Assembly: GCA_045631745.1 (NCBI GenBank)
Contig: JAZQVI010000068.1
Span: 852-64,851, forward strand
Length of the DNA: 64,000 bases
Origin: Eubacteriales bacterium
GTDB lineage: Bacteria > Bacillota > Clostridia > Oscillospirales > CAG-272
Reading direction: 5' to 3'
This document shows, piece by piece, positions 27,545-37,390 of this stretch. A model generated the notes under the pieces. That model was not told where the DNA came from. It did not search any database and worked only from the letters and a program-made list of their open reading frames with translations. Both the position numbers and the translations under genes were made by a program. How positions within the stretch are numbered: position 1 is the stretch's first letter; each line of letters starts with the position of its first letter.

Positions 27545-30193
27545 TTACGCCTTTTGCGTCTTGCGCTGGATCAGCTTCACGATCTCGACGATCGGAATCA
27601 CCAAAACGCCAAGTCCTGCCGCGATCGCATACTCGGGCAGAGCTACGTGCGTAAATCCAAACGCATTTGCGATGAATTCGACCTCGCAAACCAGCGTGGT
27701 TGCAAGCAGAGAGCCTACAGCTGCAAGATAGAGCATCTTGTTGTGTGTTTTCAGTCCAAACAGGCTTGCTCTTTGCGAACGCATATTCAAGCTGTGGAAG
27801 ATCTCTGCCATGGACATGGTCAAGAATGCCATGGTCATACCCTCTGCACTGTCGAGAGAATTGATGATGTTCCATGTGCCGTATTCAAAATGATGACCGA
27901 TTGCATAAGAAATGATAACCAGAATAGAAACCATCAAGCCCTGATAGATCACATCAAATCCCATGCCGCCCGAGAAGATACCCGACTTGGCATCGCGGGG
28001 CTTACGTTGCATGATATCGGTCTCCGCCTTCTCCATACCCAAAGCAAGCGCAGGAAGGCTATCGGTTACAAGGTTGATCCAAAGCAAGTGCACGGGCTTG
28101 AGAATGGTGAAGCCCATCAGGGTTGCGGTAAAGATACTGATAACCTCGCTCATGTTGGATCCCAGCAGGAACTGGATCGCCTTACGAATGTTATCGTAGA
28201 TTCTTCTTCCCTCTTCTACTGCGCCAACGATCGTTGCAAAGTTATCGTCAGCCAGCACCATGTCAGCAACGTTTTTGGTAACATCGGTGCCTGTAATTCC
28301 CATGCCGACACCAATATCGGCAGATTTGATGGAGGGCGCATCGTTGACGCCGTCTCCGGTCATCGCGGTGACCTTTCCGATCTTTCTCCACGCATTGACG
28401 ATTCTTGTCTTATGCTCGGGCTGAACGCGGGCGTAAACGCTGATCTCCTGGAACTGCGCCTCAAACTCCTCGTCGCTCATTTCATTGAGCATGGATCCCG
28501 TGATCGCACGCGTGGTCTCGGTCATAATGCCAAGCTCCTTCGCGATTGCAATCGCGGTATCAATGTGGTCACCCGTGATCATAATGGGGCGGATTCCTGC
28601 AGACGTACACTGCACAATCGCATCCTTTACCTCGGGACGAACGGGGTCGATCATACCGCAAAGTCCGACGAAGCAAAGCTCGGTCTCGAGTGCTTCCGGC
28701 TCAAAACTGGTAGGCTTATCCGTGTATACGCGCTGTGCACAAGCAAGCACACGGAGCGCCTTGTCCGCCATGTTCTTGTTTGCTGCCAGAATCTCTGCGG
28801 AGTACTCTGCCGTCATAGGAACAGGTGCACCATCCTTGAGATAGTGCGTGCAACGCCCAATGATCACGTCGGGCGCACCCTTGGTAAACTGTACGAAGGA
28901 GCCGTTGTCGTCGTGGACAGTGGACATCATCTTTCTGCCCGAATCAAAGGGCGCCTCACCAACACGCACAAGCTTTACCTTCAATTCATTCTTGTCAAGA
29001 CCGAGCTTGTGCGCCCACGTAACCAGTGCAGCCTCCGTAGGCTCACCCGTCACGTTTGCATCGCCATCAATCTCCGCGTCGCTGCAAAGCGCCATCGCAG
29101 TTGCGAGCTTCGTGTCAGACTCGCCGAAGAAATCAACGACGGTCATCTTGTTCTGCGTCAGCGTTCCGGTCTTATCCGAGCAAATGATCTGCGCGCATCC
29201 CAAGGTCTCAACCGCGGTCAGCTTGCGGATGATCGCATTTCTCTTAGACATATTCGTAACACCAATGGAGAGAACCACGGTAACGACTGCAGCAAGTCCC
29301 TCGGGAATCGCCGCCACCGCCAACGAAACTGCGATCATGAAGGAATCCAGTGCAAATTCAAAGTTCAGATCTCCCGAATGGCGGATCAGCTGAACACCAA
29401 ACACAACCACGCAAATACCCAAAACGAGCCAGGTCAGAATTTTGGAAAGCTGTCCCAGCTTAATCTGCAGAGGGGTCTGTCCCTCCTCTGCCTGCGCCAA
29501 CGCATCCGCAATCTTACCCATTTCGGTATCCATGCCCGTCGCCGTAACAACCACGATTCCACGTCCGTATACGACGGTCGATCCCATGTATACCATGTTC
29601 TTGCGGTCTCCAAGCGGCACATCCTTGGCACCATCCGAAAGTTCGATCACATCGGCATGCTTGGTAACAGGTACAGATTCACCTGTCAGAGCTGCCTCCT
29701 CGATCTTGAGGCTCGCATTTTCCAAAATTCTTGCATCGGCAGGTACTGCATCTCCTGCCTCCAGGAGAACGATGTCTCCCACAACCAGATCCTCGCTGTG
29801 AACGATCTGCACCTTGCCGTCGCGTAAAACCTTTGAGGTCGCCGCCGACATTTCCTGCAGGGCTTCGATCGCCTTTTCCGCCTTGCTCTCCTGATAAACG
29901 CCAAGGATGGCGTTGATCAGAACAACGGAGAGAATGATGATGACGTCAACAAAGCCTTCCCCCTCCTTCACCGCGAGCACACCGCTGATCGCTGCCGCAA
30001 CGAGCAAAATAATGATCATGGGGTCTGCAAGCTGCTCAAGGAATCTACGCAAAATAGATTTTCCCTTCGCCGCCGCCAAACGGTTCTTGCCATTGGCTTC
30101 CAGTCGCTTGCCTGCCTCTTCGGACGTAAGGCCCTCGCGAGTGGCGTTCAGATGCCCGAGAACCTCGTTTGATTCTGTACAATAGTACTTCAT
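27545..30193 (-). CDS. Calcium-translocating P-type ATPase (P2A, YloB/LMCA1-like)
   Basis: 882 aa. Motifs CSDKTGTLTQNKM, IPEGL, TGDGVNDAPSIKSADIG. N-terminus LTSEEAGKRLEANGKNRL. Confidence 0.88.
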   Translation of the reverse strand: MKYYCTESNEVLGHLNATREGLTSEEAGKRLEANGKNRLAAAKGKSILRRFLEQLADPMIIILLVAAAISGVLAVKEGEGFVDVIIILSVVLINAILGVYQESKAEKAIEALQEMSAATSKVLRDGKVQIVHSEDLVVGDIVLLEAGDAVPADARILENASLKIEEAALTGESVPVTKHADVIELSDGAKDVPLGDRKNMVYMGSTVVYGRGIVVVTATGMDTEMGKIADALAQAEEGQTPLQIKLGQLSKILTWLVLGICVVVFGVQLIRHSGDLNFEFALDSFMIAVSLAVAAIPEGLAAVVTVVLSIGVTNMSKRNAIIRKLTAVETLGCAQIICSDKTGTLTQNKMTVVDFFGESDTKLATAMALCSDAEIDGDANVTGEPTEAALVTWAHKLGLDKNELKVKLVRVGEAPFDSGRKMMSTVHDDNGSFVQFTKGAPDVIIGRCTHYLKDGAPVPMTAEYSAEILAANKNMADKALRVLACAQRVYTDKPTSFEPEALETELCFVGLCGMIDPVRPEVKDAIVQCTSAGIRPIMITGDHIDTAIAIAKELGIMTETTRAITGSMLNEMSDEEFEAQFQEISVYARVQPEHKTRIVNAWRKIGKVTAMTGDGVNDAPSIKSADIGVGMGITGTDVTKNVADMVLADDNFATIVGAVEEGRRIYDNIRKAIQFLLGSNMSEVISIFTATLMGFTILKPVHLLWINLVTDSLPALALGMEKAETDIMQRKPRDAKSGIFSGGMGFDVIYQGLMVSILVIISYAIGHHFEYGTWNIINSLDSAEGMTMAFLTMSMAEIFHSLNMRSQRASLFGLKTHNKMLYLAAVGSLLATTLVCEVEFIANAFGFTHVALPEYAIAAGLGVLVIPIVEIVKLIQRKTQKA

Positions 30194-30441
30194 AAAACCG
30201 CTCCTTTTTTCTTTTTTCGATCAGAGAATAGACCTAAGCCGCGCAAAATATACGCAAAAAGGCTTATGTATCTCCAACGGATACATAAGCCTTTTTTATC
30301 CAACCTACAAGACGAATGTATCACCATTGGGAAATACATGAGTCTCGCAATTTAAAACAAGCCAGACCGCACAGGCCAGGATGTTGACTTGCTACGCATA
30401 TCAATACGCTTGCTACTCCCTCATTCGGAATTTGCTTTATG
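30194..30441 (-). promoter_or_regulatory. ~240-nt structured 5' leader of the Ca-ATPase gene with an internal intrinsic terminator (candidate riboswitch or attenuator)
   Basis: Lies between a consensus promoter (30442-30470) and the RBS AAGGAG. Contains GGGAGUAGC (30420-30412), a hairpin at 30346-30308, and the terminator at 30297-30256. See findings. Confidence 0.45.
30256..30297. terminator. Strong 14-17 bp hairpin with T runs on both strands
   Basis: aaaaaggcttatgtatc tccaacg gatacataagccttttt. Confidence 0.75.
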
Positions 30442-30470
30442 ATTATAACACAGTTTCCTGTATTTGTCAA
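30442..30470 (-). promoter_or_regulatory. Consensus sigma-A promoter immediately after the acyl-CoA ligase stop codon
   Basis: Minus strand TTGACA (30470-30465), 17-nt spacer, TATAAT (30447-30442). Confidence 0.6.
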
Positions 30471-30484
30471 TAGATTTTGGGATT

Positions 30485-32185
30485 TTATAAAATCCTCTCC
30501 CGAAATGCGCAAAAGCTCTCCTCGGCAAGCCCCGCGCGACGGATCCTACCCGTCGGTGTTTTGGGAAATTCCGTGCTACGGATCACAAACGTCTCAATTT
30601 GCTTGTAGGCCGCAAGCGATCCGTTCACCTCCGCCAGTACGCGTTGGATCGCATTTTCGATCTGTGCAGACGAGATGCTTTGGCCATATACCTTTGTCAA
30701 AGCCTCGACATCGGGATAAATCAACGCCACCACATGAGTATTCTTGTTTTTTTCATCGCGGTAGCCCACCACAACGCTTTCCTTTATATAAGAGGAGCGA
30801 CAGAGAGCAACCTCCAGCTCTTCCGGAAAGATCTTTTTTCCATCTCCCGATTCGATCACATTCTTTTTGCTCCCCGTGACATACAAAAATCCGTCACCAT
30901 CGAGATAACCCATGTCTCCCGTGTAAAACCATCCGTCTCGGATCACCTCGCGCGTCTGTTCAGGCATTTTATAATAGCCCGCCATCACGCCGTCTCCGCG
31001 GTATCGGATCTCCCCAACGCCGTCCTCCTGCATCTCTGCAATATCCAAAAGCGCGTTCGGGGTACAAAGTCCGACCGAATCATCTCTGAAGCAGGTATCC
31101 CGATTCAACGCAATCATAGGAGAACATTCCGTAATCCCATAGCCCTGCAAAACGGCAATTCCCAATTCACGAAAACCCTTTGCGGTTTCTGCCGCCACAA
31201 GAGAGCCGCCCGAGATCATCAACCGCAGCTTTCCGCCAAAGCTGTTGTGGATAGCGGAGAAGGCCTTCTTTTTAGCGGTTATTGCGGCCTTCTGATTCGG
31301 AATGGAATTGGTCACGGCAATCATACGCCGAACCGGCTCTGCCGCACGGCGATTCTCAAGATGTTTCCACAGCCGCTCATACATTCTGTCGAGCATGGCG
31401 GGCACACAAATCATAACGGTAGGAGAAATCTCCTTCATCTCCTTGCCAAGGTGCTGCAATCCTTCGGAGAAGGCAATCGTACAGCCTCTCGACATGGGAG
31501 AGAGAAATCCACAGGTGCACTCATAGGCATGATGCAAAGGGAGCACCGACAAGAAAACGTCCTTCTCGTCCGTGTAAATCATCCGGGAGACCTCTGATGC
31601 GTTAAAGCAGAGATTGCGGTGCGAGAGCATCACGCCGCGCACATCCTCCGATGTGCCATGCGAAAACAGAATCGCACATGGCTCTCTGCTCTCGATCTTG
31701 GCATCAAAGTAGCTTCTGTCCCCTCCGCGAACCCGGCGGTTTCCCAACTGGATCCATTTTTTGAGATCGGAGAAGGAAATTTTCTTCACACGCTCTCCCA
31801 ATGCATCGAATTTCTTGAGCAGGGGGTCCGCGCAAATCACGGCATCAGCCTCGCACAGGTCGACAATCTGTACCGCATCCTTTTCCCCCATCTCCTCGTC
31901 CAAGGGGACAACCGTTCCGACGCCGCAGACAACCGCCATGTAAGCCACCGCCCACGCATAGCAATTTTTACCTGCAAGAACAATCTTCTTCCCCTGCAAT
32001 CCCATGCCGAGAAGTGCCGTTCCCAGTCCGCACACATCCTGATAGTATGCCTCATAGCTGACCGAACGGTACCTTCCCCTCGTCTTTTGCAGAAACAACG
32101 TCTTTTCTCCAAATGTCCTCGCGCTTTCCCGAAGCATTTGTCTCAAGTCGTCATAACATTCAGCTGAATAGTTCCGATATTTCAT
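30485..32185 (-). CDS. AMP-dependent synthetase/ligase (long-chain fatty-acid-CoA ligase-like)
   Basis: 566 aa. ILFSHGTSEDVRGVMLSHRNL (AMP-binding motif region), GYGITE, YTGDMGYLDGDGFLYVTGSKKNVI. Confidence 0.8.
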   Translation of the reverse strand: MKYRNYSAECYDDLRQMLRESARTFGEKTLFLQKTRGRYRSVSYEAYYQDVCGLGTALLGMGLQGKKIVLAGKNCYAWAVAYMAVVCGVGTVVPLDEEMGEKDAVQIVDLCEADAVICADPLLKKFDALGERVKKISFSDLKKWIQLGNRRVRGGDRSYFDAKIESREPCAILFSHGTSEDVRGVMLSHRNLCFNASEVSRMIYTDEKDVFLSVLPLHHAYECTCGFLSPMSRGCTIAFSEGLQHLGKEMKEISPTVMICVPAMLDRMYERLWKHLENRRAAEPVRRMIAVTNSIPNQKAAITAKKKAFSAIHNSFGGKLRLMISGGSLVAAETAKGFRELGIAVLQGYGITECSPMIALNRDTCFRDDSVGLCTPNALLDIAEMQEDGVGEIRYRGDGVMAGYYKMPEQTREVIRDGWFYTGDMGYLDGDGFLYVTGSKKNVIESGDGKKIFPEELEVALCRSSYIKESVVVGYRDEKNKNTHVVALIYPDVEALTKVYGQSISSAQIENAIQRVLAEVNGSLAAYKQIETFVIRSTEFPKTPTGRIRRAGLAEESFCAFRERIL

Positions 32186-32272
32186 CCAAACCTCTCCTTT
32201 TCACCGCTCCAAGCACAGGGATACCAACGAACCTACGATATAAGTAGAAATTCAACAGGCAGCAAAATACCG

Positions 32273-33442
32273 TCAGCAGCGGTCAATCGTGAGCACCACA
32301 AAATAGGAAGGATCCAAACGGCTGACGGCATCCGCCACCGCTCGGCGCACCTCATCCTCCGAAAGCTTACATTCAAAGGGAACCGCCACATCAAAAATCA
32401 GATTGGTGTGCGTATTTCCCCGCACGAACCTAAAATCATGGATGTTCATACCCTCTCCCAGCTCTGCAACCGCCGCCGCAACTCGCCCGCGAAGGACATT
32501 GACCTCCTCATCATCGGTCACAATGGGATCCATGTGAATGGTGGCATAAATTCCGCACTCACGGCGAAGCTTCTTTTCCAGATTATCCACCATGTCGTGA
32601 GATTCAAAGATATCCTTGGATCCGTCCACCTCAACGTGAAGGGCAACAATCATGCGCCCGGGACCGTAGTTATGTACCTCAAGATCGTGAATTCCCAAAA
32701 CGCCCTCGCATTGCTCTGCTATATCGGCAATACGCTGCACAACCTCCTCAGAGGGGGCGCCTCCCAGAATGGAGTCCTTTGCCTCCAAAAGAATCTTAAA
32801 TCCGGAAACGAGGATCAAAACCGCAACGCCGACGCCCACGTATGCATCCAAATTAAGCGTGAGCGAAGGAACGAGAAGCATAATAAGCGTAGTAACGAGC
32901 ACCGCGCCTGTAGAAAGCACGTCAGAGAGGGAATCCGCCGCGGTCGCCCTCATGACAGAGGAATCAATACGTTTTCCAATCCTGGTATTAAAATACGCCA
33001 TCCATAGTTTGACAAGAACCGATCCGCCGAGAATCCCCACCGAGACCCAGCTCCGCGAGGGCGGCGCGGGTGTGATGATCTTTTGTATGGATTCCACGAG
33101 CAAATCCAAACCGATGTGAAGAACCAGAAAGGACACGATCAGAGTTGCCACGTATTCAAATCTTCCATGCCCAAAGGGATGTTCCCGATCGGCAGGCTTC
33201 GCGGAAACGCGAAAGGAAACAAAGGAAAGCATCTGCGAGCCGGCATCGGAAAGGTTGTTGATCGCATCCGCGCGAATGGCAACCGATCCTGTGAAAACGC
33301 CGATTGCAAATTTTGCACCGAAGAGGATCACGTTCAGGATCAGCCCCAGCACGCTTACCAGCGTACCGTAAGCACGCCGCACCTCCCCATCGGATGTATT
33401 TTTGTAGTCTTTAATCAATAATCTCGAAAGCAGTTCGACCAT
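32273..33442 (-). CDS. Cation diffusion facilitator (CDF) family metal efflux transporter
   Basis: 389 aa. AIRADAINNLSDAGS, HPFGHGRFE, and a C-terminal cytoplasmic domain. Confidence 0.8.
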   Translation of the reverse strand: MVELLSRLLIKDYKNTSDGEVRRAYGTLVSVLGLILNVILFGAKFAIGVFTGSVAIRADAINNLSDAGSQMLSFVSFRVSAKPADREHPFGHGRFEYVATLIVSFLVLHIGLDLLVESIQKIITPAPPSRSWVSVGILGGSVLVKLWMAYFNTRIGKRIDSSVMRATAADSLSDVLSTGAVLVTTLIMLLVPSLTLNLDAYVGVGVAVLILVSGFKILLEAKDSILGGAPSEEVVQRIADIAEQCEGVLGIHDLEVHNYGPGRMIVALHVEVDGSKDIFESHDMVDNLEKKLRRECGIYATIHMDPIVTDDEEVNVLRGRVAAAVAELGEGMNIHDFRFVRGNTHTNLIFDVAVPFECKLSEDEVRRAVADAVSRLDPSYFVVLTIDRC

Positions 33443-33459
33443 AAATTCTCCTTATGGGG

Positions 33460-35001
33460 TCAACCCCAGTATTTTCTGTCCAGCGAGCGGAATTGGATCG
33501 CCTCGGCAACATGAGAGGCAGAAATCCGCTCGCTTCGGTCAAGGTCGGCAATGGTTCTGGCAACACGCAGGACGCGGTCATAGCCTCTGCCGCTCAATCC
33601 CATTCGCTCGTATGCCGCCTTGAGAAGCGCAGACGCCCCCTCATCGGTCTGACAAAACGCGCGGATCCCCGCGGAATCCAGCTGAGCATTGCAGAAAATG
33701 TCAGGACGGGCCGCCATTCTCTTCCTCGCAAATTCCCGCGCCGCCGTCACTCGTTTGCGGATCGTCTCGGAGGAATCGGCATTCGCATCGTGCGTGGAAA
33801 TTTCCTCATAGGACAGCGAAGGCAGCTCGATCTGAATATCCATGCGGTCCAGCATCGGGCCGCTGATCTTGGAAATATAGCGCTGCACGTCACCCTTCTT
33901 GCAGGTGCAAGGGTGAGTCGGATGTCCGAAATAACCGCATCTGCAGGGATTCATCGCTCCCACCAGCATAAAGGAGCAGGGGAAGGTTACCCGACCGTTG
34001 GCACGCGTGATGGTCACCCGTCTGTCCTCCAGCGGCTGACGGAGAGAATCCGTCACCTGCTTTGGAAATTCGGGGAACTCATCCAAAAACAGCACCCCGT
34101 TGTTGGCAAGAGAAACCTCGCCCGGGAGAGGATTGACACCGCCTCCCACAAGGCTCGCAGGACTCATGGTATGGTGAGGGGAGCGGAAGGGTCTTGCTGT
34201 CAGGAGAGATACGCCCTCCGGGAGCGTCCCCGACACCGAATGGATCTTGGTGGTCTCGATCGCCTCCGCGAAGGTCAGGGGAGGAAGGATCGAAGGCAGA
34301 CGCTTTGCCAGCATGGATTTTCCCGTACCGGGAGGACCGATAAGCAGGATGTTGTGTCCTCCTGCCGCCGCAACCTCCATCGCTCTTTTTGCCATCTGCT
34401 GTCCACGCACATCCAAAAAATCCATGGTGTAAGAGCCAAACGCCTGTATGAACGCCGAGCGATCACAGACCTCGGCAGGGAGAGGCGCTCGCCCGTTCAG
34501 ATGCTCCACCAGTTCCTTGACGGTATGAACGGCGTAAACGCGGATCCCCTCCACGGCAGACGCCTCGGCAGCATTTGCAGCAGGTGCGTAAAACTCGGTA
34601 AAGCCTGCCTCCTTGGCTGCAACACACATACAAAGAACCCCTCGCACGCTTCTGACCTCTCCCGAAAGAGAGAGCTCTCCGACGAAGCATTTTCCCTCCA
34701 AAGAGACGTCTCGGCGGACGACACCCGAACTATGGAAAATCCCCATAAGAATCGCAAGGTCAAAGGCTGAGCCCTCCTTCTTGCGATCTGCGGGTGCGAG
34801 ATTCACCGTGATTTTTGCATAAGGAAAAGGATAGCCGCTATTGGAGCAGGCGTTCCACACACGCTCCTTTGCTTCGCGGATTGCCATATCCGGCAATCCT
34901 ACGATATCAAAGCCCTCCAGCTTATCTCTTAAATTACATTCAACGGTCACCGGAAATCCTTCGATTCCGCAAATTCCGGCGCTGTACGCTGATGATAGCA
35001 T
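33460..35001 (-). CDS. comM: YifB/ComM-family Mg-chelatase-like ATPase
   Basis: 513 aa. Walker A GPPGTGKSMLAKR, and LFLDEFPEF. Confidence 0.88.
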   Translation of the reverse strand: MLSSAYSAGICGIEGFPVTVECNLRDKLEGFDIVGLPDMAIREAKERVWNACSNSGYPFPYAKITVNLAPADRKKEGSAFDLAILMGIFHSSGVVRRDVSLEGKCFVGELSLSGEVRSVRGVLCMCVAAKEAGFTEFYAPAANAAEASAVEGIRVYAVHTVKELVEHLNGRAPLPAEVCDRSAFIQAFGSYTMDFLDVRGQQMAKRAMEVAAAGGHNILLIGPPGTGKSMLAKRLPSILPPLTFAEAIETTKIHSVSGTLPEGVSLLTARPFRSPHHTMSPASLVGGGVNPLPGEVSLANNGVLFLDEFPEFPKQVTDSLRQPLEDRRVTITRANGRVTFPCSFMLVGAMNPCRCGYFGHPTHPCTCKKGDVQRYISKISGPMLDRMDIQIELPSLSYEEISTHDANADSSETIRKRVTAAREFARKRMAARPDIFCNAQLDSAGIRAFCQTDEGASALLKAAYERMGLSGRGYDRVLRVARTIADLDRSERISASHVAEAIQFRSLDRKYWG

Positions 35002-35054
35002 TCCTTTTCCCCCTGTAGTCTTATATCTGTATTCTGCTTCTGTTTTTTACGAAC

Positions 35055-35083
35055 ATTATATCTCGGAATCACTCTCTTGTCAA
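35055..35083 (-). promoter_or_regulatory. Consensus sigma-A promoter upstream of comM
   Basis: Minus strand TTGACA, 17-nt spacer, TATAAT. Confidence 0.55.
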
Positions 35084-35170
35084 GGGATTCCTTCGTTCCC
35101 CGCGGCACCCCCGGGGAGCAAATGCGCCCTCATTTACGCCGGATTCCCACGCAAATGAAGGCGCACAAAA

Positions 35171-35881
35171 TCAGTCTCTGCGAGAATGATTTGCGATGAC
35201 AATCAGACGAAGAAGAGAGAGAAGCGAGGTAGCAAGTGCCGCCACGTAGGTCATTGCAGCCGCCTTGAGCACCTTCTGCGCGCCCCCCTGTTCTTCCTTT
35301 GTCAAAAGTCCCGATTCTCGGATCCCCGCCATGGCTCTGCGCGACGCATCAAACTCCACCGGCAGCGTAATCAGCTGAAACAGGGTAGAAAGCGAGAAGC
35401 ACGCAATTCCGGCCAGCATCAATCCGGATCCCATCGGCGCCGCCGCAAACAGCAGCCCGATGAAGAAAAGTGGCATTGCCAGCTGAGAACCGATGTTACA
35501 CATCGGAATGATCCGCATACGCATCTCCAGCGGCGCGTATTTCTGCGCGTGCTGGATCGCGTGTCCCGCCTCGTGGCAGGCAACACCCACAGCCGCGACA
35601 CTTGTAGATCCGTACACGCTATCCGAGAGGTTGAGCGTTCGGTTTCGAGGATCGTAATGATCGGTCAACTCTCCTCTGACGCGTCTAACCTCAACGTTAT
35701 AAATTCCTTTGGAATGGAGCAGCTCGGTTGCAGCCTGTGCCGCGGTCATGCCCGAGCGGGACATCTTGCGGCTGTACTCCGAAAAGGTGCCCTTCACCTG
35801 AAATTGCGCCCACAGGGTGAAAATAAATGCGGGCAGGACAATCAGAATCGTCCAGTCACCCCAAAACAAACCAAAAAGCAT
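35171..35881 (-). CDS. Membrane zinc metallopeptidase, YugP family
   Basis: 236 aa. HEAGHAIQH. Overall similarity by eye to B. subtilis YugP (TDHYDPR..., VAAHE.GHAIQH). Confidence 0.8.
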   Translation of the reverse strand: MLFGLFWGDWTILIVLPAFIFTLWAQFQVKGTFSEYSRKMSRSGMTAAQAATELLHSKGIYNVEVRRVRGELTDHYDPRNRTLNLSDSVYGSTSVAAVGVACHEAGHAIQHAQKYAPLEMRMRIIPMCNIGSQLAMPLFFIGLLFAAAPMGSGLMLAGIACFSLSTLFQLITLPVEFDASRRAMAGIRESGLLTKEEQGGAQKVLKAAAMTYVAALATSLLSLLRLIVIANHSRRD

Positions 35882-35910
35882 AAAAAACTCCTTTCAAACC
35901 ATGCGCTGTG

Positions 35911-36855
35911 TCAAAGCTGCGCCGAAAGCACGTCTCCCACCTTGACACGTCGGCCGTTGATCCACGCCTCTGCGCTCATTCTGCCCTTGCCCTCGGGAAG
36001 AACCGCCAAAAGGGAGAGCGTTCCCTCTCCGCACGCGACCGTCACCTTTCCTCCGTTTAGGGAAATGACCGTGCCTGCAGGCGCAACGGAGCCCTCTGCC
36101 TCACAGACCTCTGCCGCGGTTACCTTGAGCAGCTTTCCGTCCGGCGTTCTCGTAAACGCCAAAGGAAAGGGCGAAAGTCCCCTGATCTGATCGTGAAGCT
36201 GGTGCGCGGAACGGGAAAAGTCCAGCACACAGTCACTCTTTTCGATCTTTGCGGCATACGTCGCCAGGGAATCGTCCTGCGCCTCTCGCACAAGCGTTCC
36301 CTCTTCGATGGCATTCAGCGTGCGGCGAAGCACCTCTGCACTGCAAACGCCCATCTTGTCGTGAATCGTTTCAAAATTATCCTCTTGCTCGATGGAGACC
36401 TCTCCTTTGAGAAGCATATCTCCCGTATCAAGCCCCTTGTTCATCATCATAGTGGTCACACCCGTAACGGTCTTCCCCTCCATGATCGCACGCTGCATGG
36501 GTGCAGCGCCGCGGTATTCGGGGAGGAGTGAACCGTGCACGTTGACACATCCGTATTTCGGATAGTTCAAAACCCGCTCGGGCAGGATCTTTCCATACGC
36601 TGTCACCACAATCAAATCGGGTGCGAGCGTTTGGAGCAGGTCAAAAAAGGCATCGTCTCTGAGCGTGAGGGGCTGGTACACCGCAATCCCCTGCTCCTCT
36701 GCATACACCTTGACGGGAGGAGGCGTCATAACGTACCCTCTGCCCTTCGGCTGATCGGGCTGCGTTACAACGCCGATGATCTCCTTGCCCGATTCCACCA
36801 GCTCCCGAAGGGAATACAGCGCAAAATCAGGCGTTCCCATAAACAGTATTCTCAT
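35911..36855 (-). CDS. fmt: Methionyl-tRNA formyltransferase
   Basis: Part of ORF 35911..36897; start ATG 36855 (MRILFMGTPDFA) preceded by GGAGG. Confidence 0.9.
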   Translation of the reverse strand: MRILFMGTPDFALYSLRELVESGKEIIGVVTQPDQPKGRGYVMTPPPVKVYAEEQGIAVYQPLTLRDDAFFDLLQTLAPDLIVVTAYGKILPERVLNYPKYGCVNVHGSLLPEYRGAAPMQRAIMEGKTVTGVTTMMMNKGLDTGDMLLKGEVSIEQEDNFETIHDKMGVCSAEVLRRTLNAIEEGTLVREAQDDSLATYAAKIEKSDCVLDFSRSAHQLHDQIRGLSPFPLAFTRTPDGKLLKVTAAEVCEAEGSVAPAGTVISLNGGKVTVACGEGTLSLLAVLPEGKGRMSAEAWINGRRVKVGDVLSAQL

Positions 36856-36893
36856 ATACGTCCTCCGTTTATCAGAGAAAATTCGTTTTTCGG

Positions 36894-37346
36894 TCAATCT
36901 TCGTCAGGGATAACGTGATCAATGAAGAGCTTCCCGTCCAAATGATCGATCTCATGGCAAAGCGCACGGGCAAGAAGTCCGCTTCCCGTCACCTCAAAGG
37001 CTCTTCCCTCTCGGTCGATGGCGCGAACCGTTACGTGCTGCGGGCGAATGGTTCTTCCCCAACGTTCGGGAATAGAAAGACACCCTTCATCTTCTCTCTG
37101 CTCTCCTGCGTATGCCACGATCTTGGGGTTGATGAGCTCGATCACCTCGCCCTCATTCACTTCGACCACCGCGATACGGCGCAGAATACCTACCTGCGGT
37201 GCTGCCAGTCCGCATCCGTTCGCCTCTCGCATGGTCTCGATCATATCGTCAAGCAGCGTCAGGGTACGTGGGGTGATCTTTTCCACCGGGCGACAGACTT
37301 TCCTAAGGATCTCGTCACCGTATTTTACAATTTTCAATTTTGCCAT
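36894..37346 (-). CDS. def: Peptide deformylase
   Basis: Part of ORF 36894..37505; start ATG 37346 (MAKLKIVKYGDEILRK). Motifs GCGLAAPQVG, EGCLS, HEIDHL. Confidence 0.92.
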   Translation of the reverse strand: MAKLKIVKYGDEILRKVCRPVEKITPRTLTLLDDMIETMREANGCGLAAPQVGILRRIAVVEVNEGEVIELINPKIVAYAGEQREDEGCLSIPERWGRTIRPQHVTVRAIDREGRAFEVTGSGLLARALCHEIDHLDGKLFIDHVIPDED

Positions 37347-37390
37347 TGTGGTTTCCTCTTTTCGTTGTATCGATCCAACGGTTCTTTCTC

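Noticed and set aside
27554-29827. 757-aa plus-strand ORF opposite the Ca-ATPase. Similar long shadows occur at 33454..34770 (comM), 14241..15536 (pfkA/Nudix), 49232..50512 and 50705..51976 (parA/parB/serS), 3574..4671, 37424.., and others.
   Set aside because: All those I checked are codon-aligned with the real gene on the other strand. This indicates genome-wide avoidance of TTA/CTA/TCA codons rather than overlapping genes. The real genes carry diagnostic motifs.
30388-30420. Calling the ATPase leader a yybP-ykoY Mn2+ riboswitch outright.
   Set aside because: Only short strings (GGGAGUAGC, UAGCAAG) match my memory of the motif. I could not identify the full four-helix junction by hand. I kept it as an unresolved candidate pending a covariance-model scan.
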